Shown here piece by piece: positions 16,749 through 29,809 of a DNA stretch of 64,000 nucleotides. The translations under genes and the position numbers were made by a program. The stretch is from NCBI RefSeq assembly GCF_009914755.1, contig NC_060929.1, one strand, 5' to 3'. A model generated the notes under the pieces. It worked only from the letters and a program-made list of their open reading frames with translations. It ran no database searches and had not been told where the DNA came from. The stretch's first letter is position 1. Every line of letters begins with the position of its first letter. The DNA is from the human T2T-CHM13v2.0 reference genome, Homo sapiens.

Positions 16749-18945
16749 GGAGGAAGATGGTACAATAGAAGGCTCCACTCATTGTCTCCCTAGCAAGGAC
16801 ACCAATTTAACAACTATCTATGTAGAAGAAACACCTTCATAAGAACCTAAAATCAGGTGAGCCCTCATAGTACCCGGTTTTATCTTCATATAGCTGGAAG
16901 AAGCACTGAAGAGATAGAAAAGACAGTCCTGAATCACCAACACCACCCCTCCACAGCCCCTGGCAGCAGTATGTGGTGCAGAGAACATCTCTAGGCACTG
17001 GGGGAAGGAGAACACAACAACTGGGAGGGATTGAGCTCAGTGCTGTCCTGTTAGAGCATAAAGGAAAGCTGGACCAAACTCAGCTGATGCCCTCCCACAG
17101 GGGGAGCATTTAAACCAGCCCTAGTGAGAGCGGAATCACCAATCCCAGAGTGCCAAACTTGAGTTCTAGCAAACTTTGCCACCATGGACTACAGTGCTCT
17201 GTGTCTCTAAATGAAGTTGAAAGGCAGTCTAGGCCATAAGGATGGCAACTTTTAGACAAGTTCAAGTGCTGAAGTAGGCCCAGAGACAGTGGACTCCAGG
17301 GGCACATGACCTATTGAGACACCAGTCAGGGTTGCTAAGGGAGTTGGTGGCATTAGCCCTCCCCTAAATCCAGGTTGCATACCTCATGGCTCCAAAAGAG
17401 ACTCCTTCTATCTGCTTGATGAGAGGAGGGGAGAGAGTGGGTAAGACTTTGTCTTGCATCTTCAATACCAGCTTAGCCACAGCAGGACAGAGCTTCAGTA
17501 AGAGTCATGAGGCCCCCGTTCCAGGATCTAGCACCTGGACAACATTTAAGGACACACCCTGTACCAGAAGGGAACCCACTGCCTTGAAGGAAAAGACCCA
17601 GTCCTGGCAGCATTAATCACCTGCTATCTGAAGAGCCATGAATAACCAGCCCCAATACCCAGGTACTATGTCAAGAGCCTTGAGTGAGCCTCTGAGACTT
17701 GCTGGCTTCAGGTGAGACTGAGCACATTACCAGTTGTGGTGGCTGGCTATAGGGCAAAGCAGAGGGAAAGTATTGAGAAAAGCAGAGGGAAAAGTAAAGG
17801 GGGCTTTGTCTTACACATTAGGTACCAGCACAGTCACAGCGGGGTAGAGCACCAAGTGGGCTCTTGGGGTCCCTGACTCTAGGACTTGACTTGACTTTAC
17901 TTTTGGATGGCATTATTGAATCCATCCTGAGCCAGGGGAGAGCTCACTGCCATGACGAGTGAGTCCCAGGCAAGTCACTACAAACTGACTTAAGAGACCT
18001 TGGCCCTTAAGGGACATTGGTGGTAGTCTGGGGTTACTTCTTGTGGCCTGGGGTGGGGGTGGCCATAGAGTGAGGTTCCTCTGCCTTTAGAAAGGTGAAA
18101 AAAAGATGGGAACTAGTGGTTTGAGTGCCAGCTCAGCTACACTACAGTAGAACAACAGGTAGACTTCTAAGTTTTCTGATTCTAGTCTCTGATTACTGGA
18201 TGGTACCTCTGGACCCACCTCGGGAACAGAAGACCTTTCCACCCAGAAGGGAAGGACACAGGCTTTGCTGGCTTTGCCACTGGCTGATTGTGGAGCCCCT
18301 GGGCTTTGGCTGAACAGAGGCAGTACACAGGGAATTGTTACAGCAGGCCTTGGGTGAGACCCAGAGCAGTTAGAGTGGTGGTGGCCATAGGGGTGCTTAT
18401 GTCTTTTTACCCCCAGCTTCTTCACCCCCAGTATTAGAACAAAGAGAGAGGCCCTGTTTGTTTAGGAGAAAGTGAGAAAAGACAAGAGTCTGTGCTTGAT
18501 AATCCAGGGAATTCTCCCAGATTTTGTCCAAGACCATCAAGGCGGTATCTCTAAGAATCTGCAACAACCACAGTGTTACTGGGCTTGGGGTGCTCCCTAA
18601 AGCAGATACAGCTTAGATCACAACACCCAACTTCTTTCAAATATTTGTAAATCCTTCCCAAGAAGAAAAGCTACAAATAAGCTCAGACAGTGAAGAGTAC
18701 AATAAATACCTAACTCTTCAATGGCCAGACACTGACAATGTCTACTAGCATCAACATCATCCAGGAAAATATGACATCACCAAATGAACTAAATAAGGCA
18801 CCAGAGACCAATCCTGGAAAAACAGAGATATGTGACCTTTCAGACAGAGAATTCAAAATAGCTGTGTTGAGGAAACTCAAAGTCTTCAAGATAACACAGC
18901 AAATGAGTTCAGAATTCTGTCATATAAATTTAACAAAGATATCAA
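16749..18945 (+). mobile_element. L1MA/L1M1-like 5'UTR plus start of ORF1, 3'-truncated
   Basis: Begins GGAGGAAGATGG..AATAGAAGGCTCC, followed by a long GC-richer UTR. The ORF at 18738 (TSPNELNKAP...ICDLSDREFKIAVLRKL) resembles an L1M ORF1 N-terminus. Confidence 0.8.
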
Positions 18946-19078
18946 AATTCAATTGTTTATTGCTAGTATACAGAAATGCAACTGATTTTAGTACATTGAC
19001 CTTATATCCTGTGACTTTGCTAAATTAACTTATTGGTTTTAATATCTTTTTTTGTAGGTTTCTTAGGAGGTTCTTTGT

Positions 19079-19259
19079 CAGGGGTCAGCAAACTATGGTC
19101 TGTGGGCCAAATCCAGCTCACCACCTGTTTTTGTAAGTGAAGTTTTACTGGACATAGTCATTCCCATTCATTTACATATCTAGAATATTCTGGCTACAAT
19201 GGGAGAATTGAGTAGTCACAATGGAGACAATATGGCCTGCAAAACCATATTTACTATCT
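19079..19259 (+). mobile_element. MER58A (hAT-Charlie MITE), right end missing
   Basis: CAGGGGTCAGCAAACTATGG...GGGCCAAATCCAGC...GTTTTTGTAA..AAGTTTTACTGG. Confidence 0.85.
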
Positions 19260-19886
19260 AAACATATTCATAGATTCCAGAGATTCGGGTATAGATTTTT
19301 GGGGGTCATTTCAGAATTCTGGCTATCACTGTTATGATAGCATAAATGTACTGTCTTGCTATTCACTTTCCATCTGTCCCTTGTGTATGTGTGTGTGCAT
19401 GCACTTTTGTTCTTATTTTCCAATTTGCTTTTGTATTGTTTCTTAATGATTTTATTTTAGCTTCATTTTAGCTACTGTGCTTTGAGTGCTTACTCAAAGA
19501 TTTATAGTAGGCAACTTTAACTTATTATAGCTTACCTGTAAATAATATAACACTTTATGTACAGCATGAGAAGCTAAGAACAATACATACCCATAAATTC
19601 TTTGTATTTCTCTAAATATTTTTGGGTTTTGTTTTGGGATATCATTGAATTACTCAGAATCGCTTTGATCTTTTCAAGACTGATCTTTTAAAGATCTTTT
19701 CAAGACTTTTTATATATGGTAGGGCATGTCTAGAAGCCTTTAGTTGAGGGTTACTTTGGCCCCATTCTGACACAGAATTGCTCTTTGTGTAATTTCTTTT
19801 CCTTTCAGCACTTTTATTAAGATATTTTTATGTTGACTTGTCTTCAAATGCACTAATCCAGTGTTCTGTTGCTTCGAGTCTGCACT

Positions 19887-20216
19887 TGATACGGTTTGGC
19901 TGTGTCTCCCCATGAGTTGTGGGAGGGACTGGGTGGGAGGTAATTGGATCATGGGGGCAGGTTTTTCCTGTGCTGTTCTCGTGATAGTGAATAAGTCTCA
20001 TGAAATCTGATGGATTTATAAAAGGGCAGTTCCCCTGCACAGGCTCTCTTGCCTGCTGCCATGTAAGATATGGCTTTGCTCCTCCTTTGACTTCTGCCAT
20101 GTTGTGAGGCCTCCCCAGCTATGTGGAGCTGTAAGTCCATTAATCCTCCTTTTTCTTTAACAAGTTACCCAGTCTCAGGTATGTCTTTATTAGCAGTGTT
20201 AGAACAGACGAATACA
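19887..20216 (+). mobile_element. Solo THE1 LTR (THE1C/D-like)
   Basis: TGATACGGTTTGGCTGTGTC...CAGACGAATACA; perfect TSD GCACT (19882-19886 / 20217-20221). Confidence 0.93.
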
Positions 20217-20472
20217 GCACTGAAGTCTTTAGAATGCATTCTTAAGTTTAGATAATTTTTTTTCTAGAATGTCTATTTCTTTTTATAGATTTTAATCTGT
20301 GATTGAAATTCTGTATTTTTTATTCATTTTGACTATCTTTTTTCTCTTTTCTTAAATATATTCATCTTAATTATTTTGAATTCCTTATCTGTTAGCTGTA
20401 TTACTTGAATCATTTCTGTTTCTGATTCTATTTATTGTTTTATCTCTCAATTATTGAATATTTTAAAACTAA

Positions 20473-20820
<348 letters not shown>

Positions 20821-23800
20821 TAGTAATTTAGTAATTTTTGATCGGAAGACTGACATTGTATATATGTCATAGATACTTTGATTTATGTTATCTTCTAAAT
20901 AGTGCTAAATTTTGTTTGGTCAGAGACTAAAATTACTTGTAGATCACTTTTATTTTGCCTAGGTAGTTTGAAGTTTTGTGAGAGCAAGTCTATTTTAGTT
21001 TTGCTCTTTCTTTTTGGGCACAGCCCTTATACCTAGGGAAATGTCACATCCATATCCTAGGATTGTGACATTTGAGACATTTCTGTGGTGTAAAATGAAT
21101 GCTTTAGGTCTCTAATCCCTGGCTGACCTAAGGGATTTCCATGGCCTTGGAAATCTCTCCTCTGCTCTCTAGCATCTCAGTGGCTGCTCTCAAATAGGTT
21201 GCCAAGCTTTGCCCTGCATATATACACTTTAGAAGTTGACTAACAACCTAAGGGAAAAGGTTATGCAAATTATTAGGGTACCTTTTCTGTAGCTTTTTCC
21301 TCTCTGAGACTCAGCCATTCGAATCCTAGCTCTTTTGGTTACCCAGCACTCTGATTTTGGTTTCTGCTGTCCAGCAAGACTACCTGTCTTTACTTAGGCT
21401 CTATTTTCCTGAGCTATAATTTGGAAAATGCCCCAAGGGAGAAATCCTTGGTTTATGTGATGTTTATCTTGTTTGCCTCTTTTTTCTCAAGGACCATAGC
21501 CCTGCACTGGCTATGGTCCAATGCCTGCAAACAGTTGCTATATATGTTTTGTCTAGATTTTATACTTGTTTATAGCAACAAGTGAAGTCCAATAATAGCT
21601 GTTCCATCATGGATGAAACTGGAACATGCCCATGTTAACTACTTTTATTTCTCTTTGTACCATCTATTGCTTCAGAATACATTTTTTTCTACCATTGCTA
21701 ATCAGTTTTTTTTCTATTAACATTCTATAACCAGATGCAAGTGCTTTTTTTACATCTATAGGTTTGGCTCCTGAGGCTATACTATTTGGATGTAAGAAGT
21801 ATAAAACAGTTGCCTTAGAATAGAACTTGTGTTCTAGACTTTTGACCATAGCCAGTTTTGACTTCCATTTCCTACTATCACTCCTTTTAAATCTATTGGC
21901 TTCTAATGGCTATGGCTGAGTTCCTGGTTACTACTTGATTTCTTAGATGCCAGACCTTTTTGCATTAAACACTGAGTCTCATTCAGTAATGACCTCATCT
22001 TGGGCTCCCACTTCTTGTATCATGTCCTGTGGTGACCCCTGCTCTGATGTGAAAAGAAAATAAATATTAGGTAGGAATTCATATTACAAATTACACTCTT
22101 ATTGGTATAAATATTTTATAATGACATTTAATGAATATCCTTTTTTGCCTTGATAATGGACATATCATATTGTGTGGATGGACTCATCCACACAATTTCT
22201 ATATTTACATTAGAAATTGTGTGGGTGAGTATTGAAAAACCATCTAGACTGCCTAATGTTATGTAATTGCTAATATTTAAGTGAATCTGTGAGTAAATAA
22301 GAGCTGGTTTCCTTTTTTGTCTGATTAAGAAGATAAATGAAGGGAGATTATGCCCACCTGCTGTGTCCAGCAAGATTACCCATCTTTACTTAGGCTGGAA
22401 AAATAAAACCAACAGGAGACATGCTAAATCAGCTACAACTATCTCAAATGATAGATTACTCTCAAGACTGAGTCATAAAGCCTGTGTCTATTCAATTTTC
22501 CTGTTGCATTAAATTATAATAAATACATACAATATTAAAAATATGGGAAAATTTCTAAATACAAAGAATTGACAAGGTCTTGGGGACAGAGTAGACATTT
22601 AAGAATGATGGATCGGGGATATTAATCTTGGAAGATTTTATTGACTCAAAATAATTTTCTTTTCTTTTTTCTTCAACTTATATTTTACATTTCAGGGTAC
22701 ATGTGCAGGTTGTGCAGGTTTGTTACATAGGTAAATGTGTGCCATGGTGGTTTGCTGCACAGATCAAACCATCACCTGGATATTAAACTCAGCATCCATT
22801 AGCTATTCTTCCTGATGTTCTCTCTCACCCCACCCCCTCCGACAGGCCCCAGTGTGTGTTGTTCCCGCCAATGTGTTCATGTGTTCTCATTGTTCAGCTC
22901 CCACATCTAAGTGACAACATGCGGTGTTTGGTTTTCTGTTCCTGCATTGGTTTGCTGAGGATAACTGTTTCCAGCTCCATCCACGTCCCTGGAAAGGACA
23001 TGATGTCACCTTTTTATGACTGCATAATATTCTATGGTGTATATGTACCAAGTTTTCTTTATCCAGTCTATTGTTGATGGGCATCTGTGTTGATTCCATG
23101 TCTTTGCTATTTTGAATAGTGCTGCAATGAACATACATCTGCATGTATCTTTATAATAGAATGATTTATATTCCTATGGGTATATACCAAGTAATGAGAT
23201 TGCTGGGTCAAATGATATTTCTGCTCCTAGCTCTTTGAGGAATTGCTACAGTGTCTTCCACAATGGTTAAACTAATTTATATTCCCACTAACAGTGTAAA
23301 AGCATTCCTTTTTCTCTGCAACCTAGCCAACATCTGTTGTTTCTTGACTTTTTAATGATCACCATTCTGACTGCCATGAGATGGTAACTCATTGCGGTTT
23401 TGATTTGCATTTCTCTAATGATTAGTGATGTTGAGCTTTTTTTCATATGTTGGTTGGCCACATGAATGTCTTCTTTTGAGAGGTGTCTGTTCATGTCCTT
23501 TGCCCACTTTTTAATGGGGTTTTTTTCTTATAAATTTATTTATGTTCCTTATAGACTCTGTATATTAGACCTTTGTCAGATGGATAGATTGGAAAAAATT
23601 TATCCCATTCTTTAGGTTGTCTGTTTACTGTGATGATAGTTTCCTTGCTTTGCAGAAGCTCTTTAGTTTAATTAGATCCCATTTGTCAATTTTTGCTTTT
23701 GTTGCAATTGCTTTTGGTGTTTTTTTCATGAAATCTTTGCCTGTGCCTATGTCCTGAATGGTAATGCCTAGATTTTGTTCTATGGTTTTTATAGTTTTGT

Positions 23801-25648
23801 ATTTTACATTCAAGTCTTTAGTACATATTGAGTTAATGTGTGTATAAGGTGTAAAAAAGGAGTCCGGTTTCAATTTTCTGCATATGGCTAGCCAGTTCTC
23901 CCAGCATCATTTATTAAATAGGCAATTATTTTCTCATTTCTTATTTTTCTCAGGTTTGTCAAAGATCAGATGGTTGTGCTAACAGGTGTGTGGTCTTATT
24001 TCTAAGTTATCTATTCTGTTCCTTTGGGCTACGTGTCAGTTTTTGTACCAGTACCATGCTGTTTTGGTTACTGTAGTCTTGTAGTATAGTTTGAAATTGG
24101 GTAGCATATGCCTTCAGCTTTGTTCTTTTTGCTGAGGATTGTCTTGGCTTTTGGGCTCCTTTTGGTTCCATATAAATTTAAAATTTTTTTTTGTCTAATT
24201 ATGTGAAAAAGTTCAATGGTAGTGTAATGGGAATAACATTGACTCTATAAATTACTTTAGGCAGTATGGCCATTTTCATGATATTGATTCTTCCCATCCA
24301 TGAGCATGGAGTGTTTTTTTATTTGTTTGTGTCCTCTCCGATTTCCCTGAGCAGTGGTTTATAGTTCTCCTTGAAGAGTTTCTTCACATCCCTTGTTAGC
24401 TGTATTCCTAGATATTTTAGTCTCTTTGTAGCAATCGTGAATGGGAGCTCATTTGTGATTTGGCTCTCTGCTTGCCTTTTGTTGGTGTATAGAAATGCTA
24501 GCAATTTTTGCCCATAGATTTTTGTATTCTGAGACTTTGCTGAAGTTGCTTATCAGCTTAAGAAGCTTTTCAGCTGAGACGATGGGATTTACTAGGTATA
24601 AGATTATGTCATCTGCAAACAAAGGCAGTTTGACTTCCTCTCTTCCTATTTGAATACCTTATTTCTTTTTATTGCCAGATTGCCCTGGCCAGAACTTCCA
24701 ATATTATGCTGAATAGGAGTGGTGAGAGAGGTCATCCTTGTTTTGTGATGGTTTTCAAGAGGAATGCTTCCAACTTTTGCACATTCAGTATGATACTGGC
24801 TGTGGATTTGTCATATATGGATCTTATTATTTTGAGATATGTTCTATCAATACGTAGCCTATTGAGAATATTTAACATGAAGGGATGTTGCATTTTATTG
24901 AAGGCCTTTTCTGTGTCTATTGAGATAATCATGTGGTTTTTGTCTTTAGTTCTATTTATATGATTAATCACACTAATTGATTTGAGTGTTGAATGAACCT
25001 TGCATCCCAGGGATGAAGCCAACTTTATCATAATGGATAACCTTTTTGATGTGCTGCTGGATTCAGGTTGCCAATATTTTATTGAGGTTTTTTTGCATCG
25101 ATGTTCATCAGGAATATTGGCTTGACGTTTTCTTTTTTGCTGTTGTTGTATCTTTGCTAGGTTTTGGTATCAGGATGATGTTAGCCTCATAAAATGAGTT
25201 ACAGATAAGTCCCTCCTTTTCACTTGCTTGGAATAGTTTCAGAAGAAATTGTACCAGCTCCTCTTTATACCTTTGGAAGAACTCAGCTGTAAATCCATCT
25301 GATCCTGGGCTCTTTTTTGTTGTCAGGTTGTTTATTACTGCCTCAATTTTAGAACTCATTATTGGTCTATTCAGGGATTCAATTTCTTTTTGGTTCAGTG
25401 TTGGGAGGCTGTATAAATCCAAGAATTTATTCATTTCTTCTAGATTTTCTAGTTTATGTGCATAGAGGTGTTTATATTATCTTTGATGGTTATTTGTATT
25501 TCTGTGGGGTCAGTGGTGATATCACCTTTATCATTTCTGATTGTGTCTATTTGATTCTTCTCACTTTTCTTCTTTATTAGTCTAGCTAGTGGTCTATTTT
25601 ATTAATTTTTTCAAAAAGCCAGCTCCTGGATTCATGGATTTTTTGAAG

Positions 25649-25652
<4 letters not shown>

Positions 25653-25698
<46 letters not shown>
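25653..25698. repeat. (TG)n microsatellite (~23 units) inside the host L1 ORF2
   Basis: Read directly. Confidence 0.97.
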
Positions 25699-25699
<1 letters not shown>

Positions 25700-26462
25700 T
25701 ATCTCCTTCAGTTCTGCTCTGATCTTGGTTATTTCTTGTTTTCTGCTAGGTTTGGGGTTTGTTTTCTCTCGATTCTCTACTTCTTTTAGTTGTGATGTTA
25801 GGTTGTTGATTTGAAATCTTTCTAGCTTTTTGATGTGGGTATTTAGTGCTATAAATTTCTCTCTTAACACTGCTTTAGCTTTGTCCTAGAGATTCTGGTA
25901 CATTGTCCCTTTATTCCTATTAGTTTCAAATAACTTCTTGATTTCTTTTTTATTTTTATTATTCACCCAGTAGCCATTCAGGAGCAGGTTGTTCAATTTC
26001 CATGTAGTTGTGTGGTTTTGAATAAGTTTTAAAATCTTGAGTTCTAATTTGATTGCAGGCTGATGAGAGAGACTATTATCATTTCAGTTATTTTGCATTT
26101 GCTGAGGGGTGTTTTACTTCTAATTGTGATCAAATTTAGAGTAAGTATGGGGTGATGACAATAATTTGTATTCTATTGTTTTTGGGTGGAGAGTTCTGTA
26201 GATCTATCAGGTCCACTTGATCAAAGCTGAGTTTAGGTTCTGATTATCTTTGTTAATTTTCTGCCTAAATGATCTGTCTAATATAGTCAATGGGGGTGTT
26301 AAAGCCTCCCACTATTATTGTGTGGGAGTCTAAGTCTCTTCGTAGGTTTCTAAGAACTGGTTTTATAAATCTGAGTACTCCTGTATTGGGTGCATACATA
26401 TTGAAGATAGTTCACTCTTCTTGTTGAATTCAACCTTTATGTAATGCCCTTATGTAATGCCC

Positions 26463-26972
26463 TTATTTGTCCTTCTTGATCTTGGTTGGTGTAAAGTCTG
26501 TTTTGTCAGAAACTAGCATTGCAGGGCAGCCAAGATGGCCGAATAGGGACAGCTCTGGTCTACAGCTCCCAGCATGAGCGATGCATAAGATGGATGATTT
26601 CTGCATTTCCATCTGAGGTACTGGGTTCATCTCACTAGGGAGTGCCAGACAGTGGGTGAAGGACAGTGGGTGCAGTGCACCATGCATGAGCCGAAACAGG
26701 GTGATGCGTTGCCTCACTTGGGAAGTGCAAGGGGTCAGGAAGTTCCCTTTCCTACTCAAAGAAAGGGGTGACAGATGGCACCTGGAAAGTTGGGTCACTC
26801 CCACCCTAACACTGTGCTTTTCTGACAGGCTTAAAAAACAGCACACCAGGAGATTATATCCAGCACCTGGCTTGGAGGGTCCTATGCCCATGGAGTCTCG
26901 CTGATTGCTAGCACAGCAGTCTGAGGTCAAACTGCAAGGCAGCAGTGAGGCTGGGGGTGGGGCGCCCACCAT
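26463..26972 (-). CDS. ORF0: L1 ORF0 homologue extended to 169 aa, ending in-frame in host ORF2 sequence; expression unknown
   Basis: MVGAPPPASLLPCSLTSDCCASNQRDS matches the ORF0 N-terminus, in Kozak context GCAATGG. The C-terminal [17 protein letters not shown] is ORF2 endonuclease sequence. Confidence 0.6.
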   Translation of the reverse strand: MVGAPPPASLLPCSLTSDCCASNQRDSMGIGPSKPGAGYNLLVCCFLSLSEKHSVRVGVTQLSRCHLSPLSLSRKGNFLTPCTSQVRQRITLFRLMHGALHPLSFTHCLALPSEMNPVPQMEMQKSSILCIAHAGSCRPELSLFGHLGCPAMLVSDKTDFTPTKIKKDK

Positions 26973-27555
26973 TGCTCAGGCTTGCTTAGGTAAACAAAGT
27001 AGCCAGAAAGCTCAAACTGGGTGGAGCCCACCACAGCTCAAGGAGGCCTGCCTGCCTCTGTAGGCTCCACCTCTGGGGGCAGGGCACAGACAAACAAAAA
27101 GACAGCAGTAACCTCTGCAGACTTAAACGTCCCTGTCTGACAGCTTTGAAGAGAGCAGTGGTTCTCCCAGCATGCAGCTGGAGATCTGAGAACGGGCAGA
27201 CTGCCTCCTCAAGTGGGTCCCTGACCCCTGAACCCCAAGCAGCTTAACTGGGAGGTACCGCCCGGTAGGGACAGACTGACACCTCACATGGCCAGGTACT
27301 CCTCTGAGACAAAACTTCCAGAGGAACGATCAGACAGCAGCATTTGCAGTTCACAAAAATCCGCTGTTCTGCAGCCACTGCTGCTGATAGCCAGGCAAAC
27401 AGGGTCTGGAGTGGACCTCTAACAAACTCCAACAGACCTACAGCTGAGGGTCCTGTCTGTTAGAAGGAAAATTAACAAACAGAAAGGACATCCACACCAA
27501 AAACCCATCTGTACATCACCATCATCAAAGACAAAAAGTAGATAAAACCACAAAG
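26524..27555 (+). promoter_or_regulatory. L1 5'UTR internal sense/antisense promoter, with a YY1 site and the ZNF93-bound ~129-bp segment retained
   Basis: CAAGATGGCC at ~26531. The segment at ~27300-27428 between ACTCC repeats is absent from L1HS. Many CpGs have decayed to TG/CA. Confidence 0.8.
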
Positions 27556-28591
27556 ATGGGGAAAAAACAGAGCAGAAAAACTGGAAACTCTAAAAAGCAG
27601 AGCACCTCTCCTCCTCCAAAGGAATGCAGTTCCTCACCAGCAATGGAACAAAGCTGGACGGAGAATGACTTTGACGAGCTGAGAGAAGAAGGCTTCAGAC
27701 AATCAAACTACTCCAAGCTACAGGAGGAAATTCAAACCAAAGGCAAAGAAGTTAAAAACAGGCAAAGAAGTTAAAAACTTTGAAAAAAATTTAGACGAAT
27801 GTGTAACTAGAATAACCAATACAGAGAAGTGCTTAAAGGAGCTGATGGAGCTGAAAGCCAAGGCTCGAGAACTACGTGAATAATGCAGAAGCCTCAGGAG
27901 CCGATGTGATCAATTGGAAGAAAGGGTATCAGTGATGGAAGATGAAATGAATGAAATGAAGCGAGAAGGGAAGTTTAGAAAAAAAAGAATAAAAAGAAAT
28001 GAACAAAGCCTCCAAGAAATATGGGAATATGTGAAAAGACCAAATCTACATCTCATTGGTGTACCTGAAAGTGACAGGGAGAATGGAACCAAGTTGGAAA
28101 ACACTCTGCAGGATATTATCCAGGAGAACTTCCCCAATCTAGCAAGGCAGGCCAACATTCAGATTCAGGAAATACAGAGAACACCACAAAGATACTCCTC
28201 GAGAAGGGCAACTCCAAGACACATAATTGTCAGATTCACCAAAGTGGAAATGAAGGAAAAAATGTTAAGGGCAGCCAGAGAGAAAGGTCGGGTTACCCAC
28301 AAAGGGAAGCCCATCAGACTAACAGTGGATCTCTCGACAGAAACTCTACAAGCCAGAAGAGAGTGGGGACCAATATTCAACATTCTTAAAGAAAAGAATT
28401 TTCAACCCAGAGTTTCATATCCAGCCAAACTAAGCTTCATAAGTGAAGGAGAAATAAAATACTTTACAGACAAGCAAATGCTGAGAGATTTTGTCACCAC
28501 CAGGCCTGCCCTAAAAGAGCTCCTGAAGAAAGCACTAAACATGGAAAGGAACAACCGGTACCAGCCACTGCAAAATCATGCCAAACTGTAA
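27556..28591 (+). pseudogene. ORF1: L1 ORF1p remnant
   Basis: MGKKQSRK start; frameshifted by a 19-bp tandem duplication at 27741-27778 and a further stop. The C-terminal 225 aa are open. Confidence 0.93.
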
Positions 28592-28639
28592 AGACCATCA
28601 AGGCTAGGAAGAAACTGCATCAGCAAACGAGCAAAATAA

Positions 28640-29809
<1,170 letters not shown>

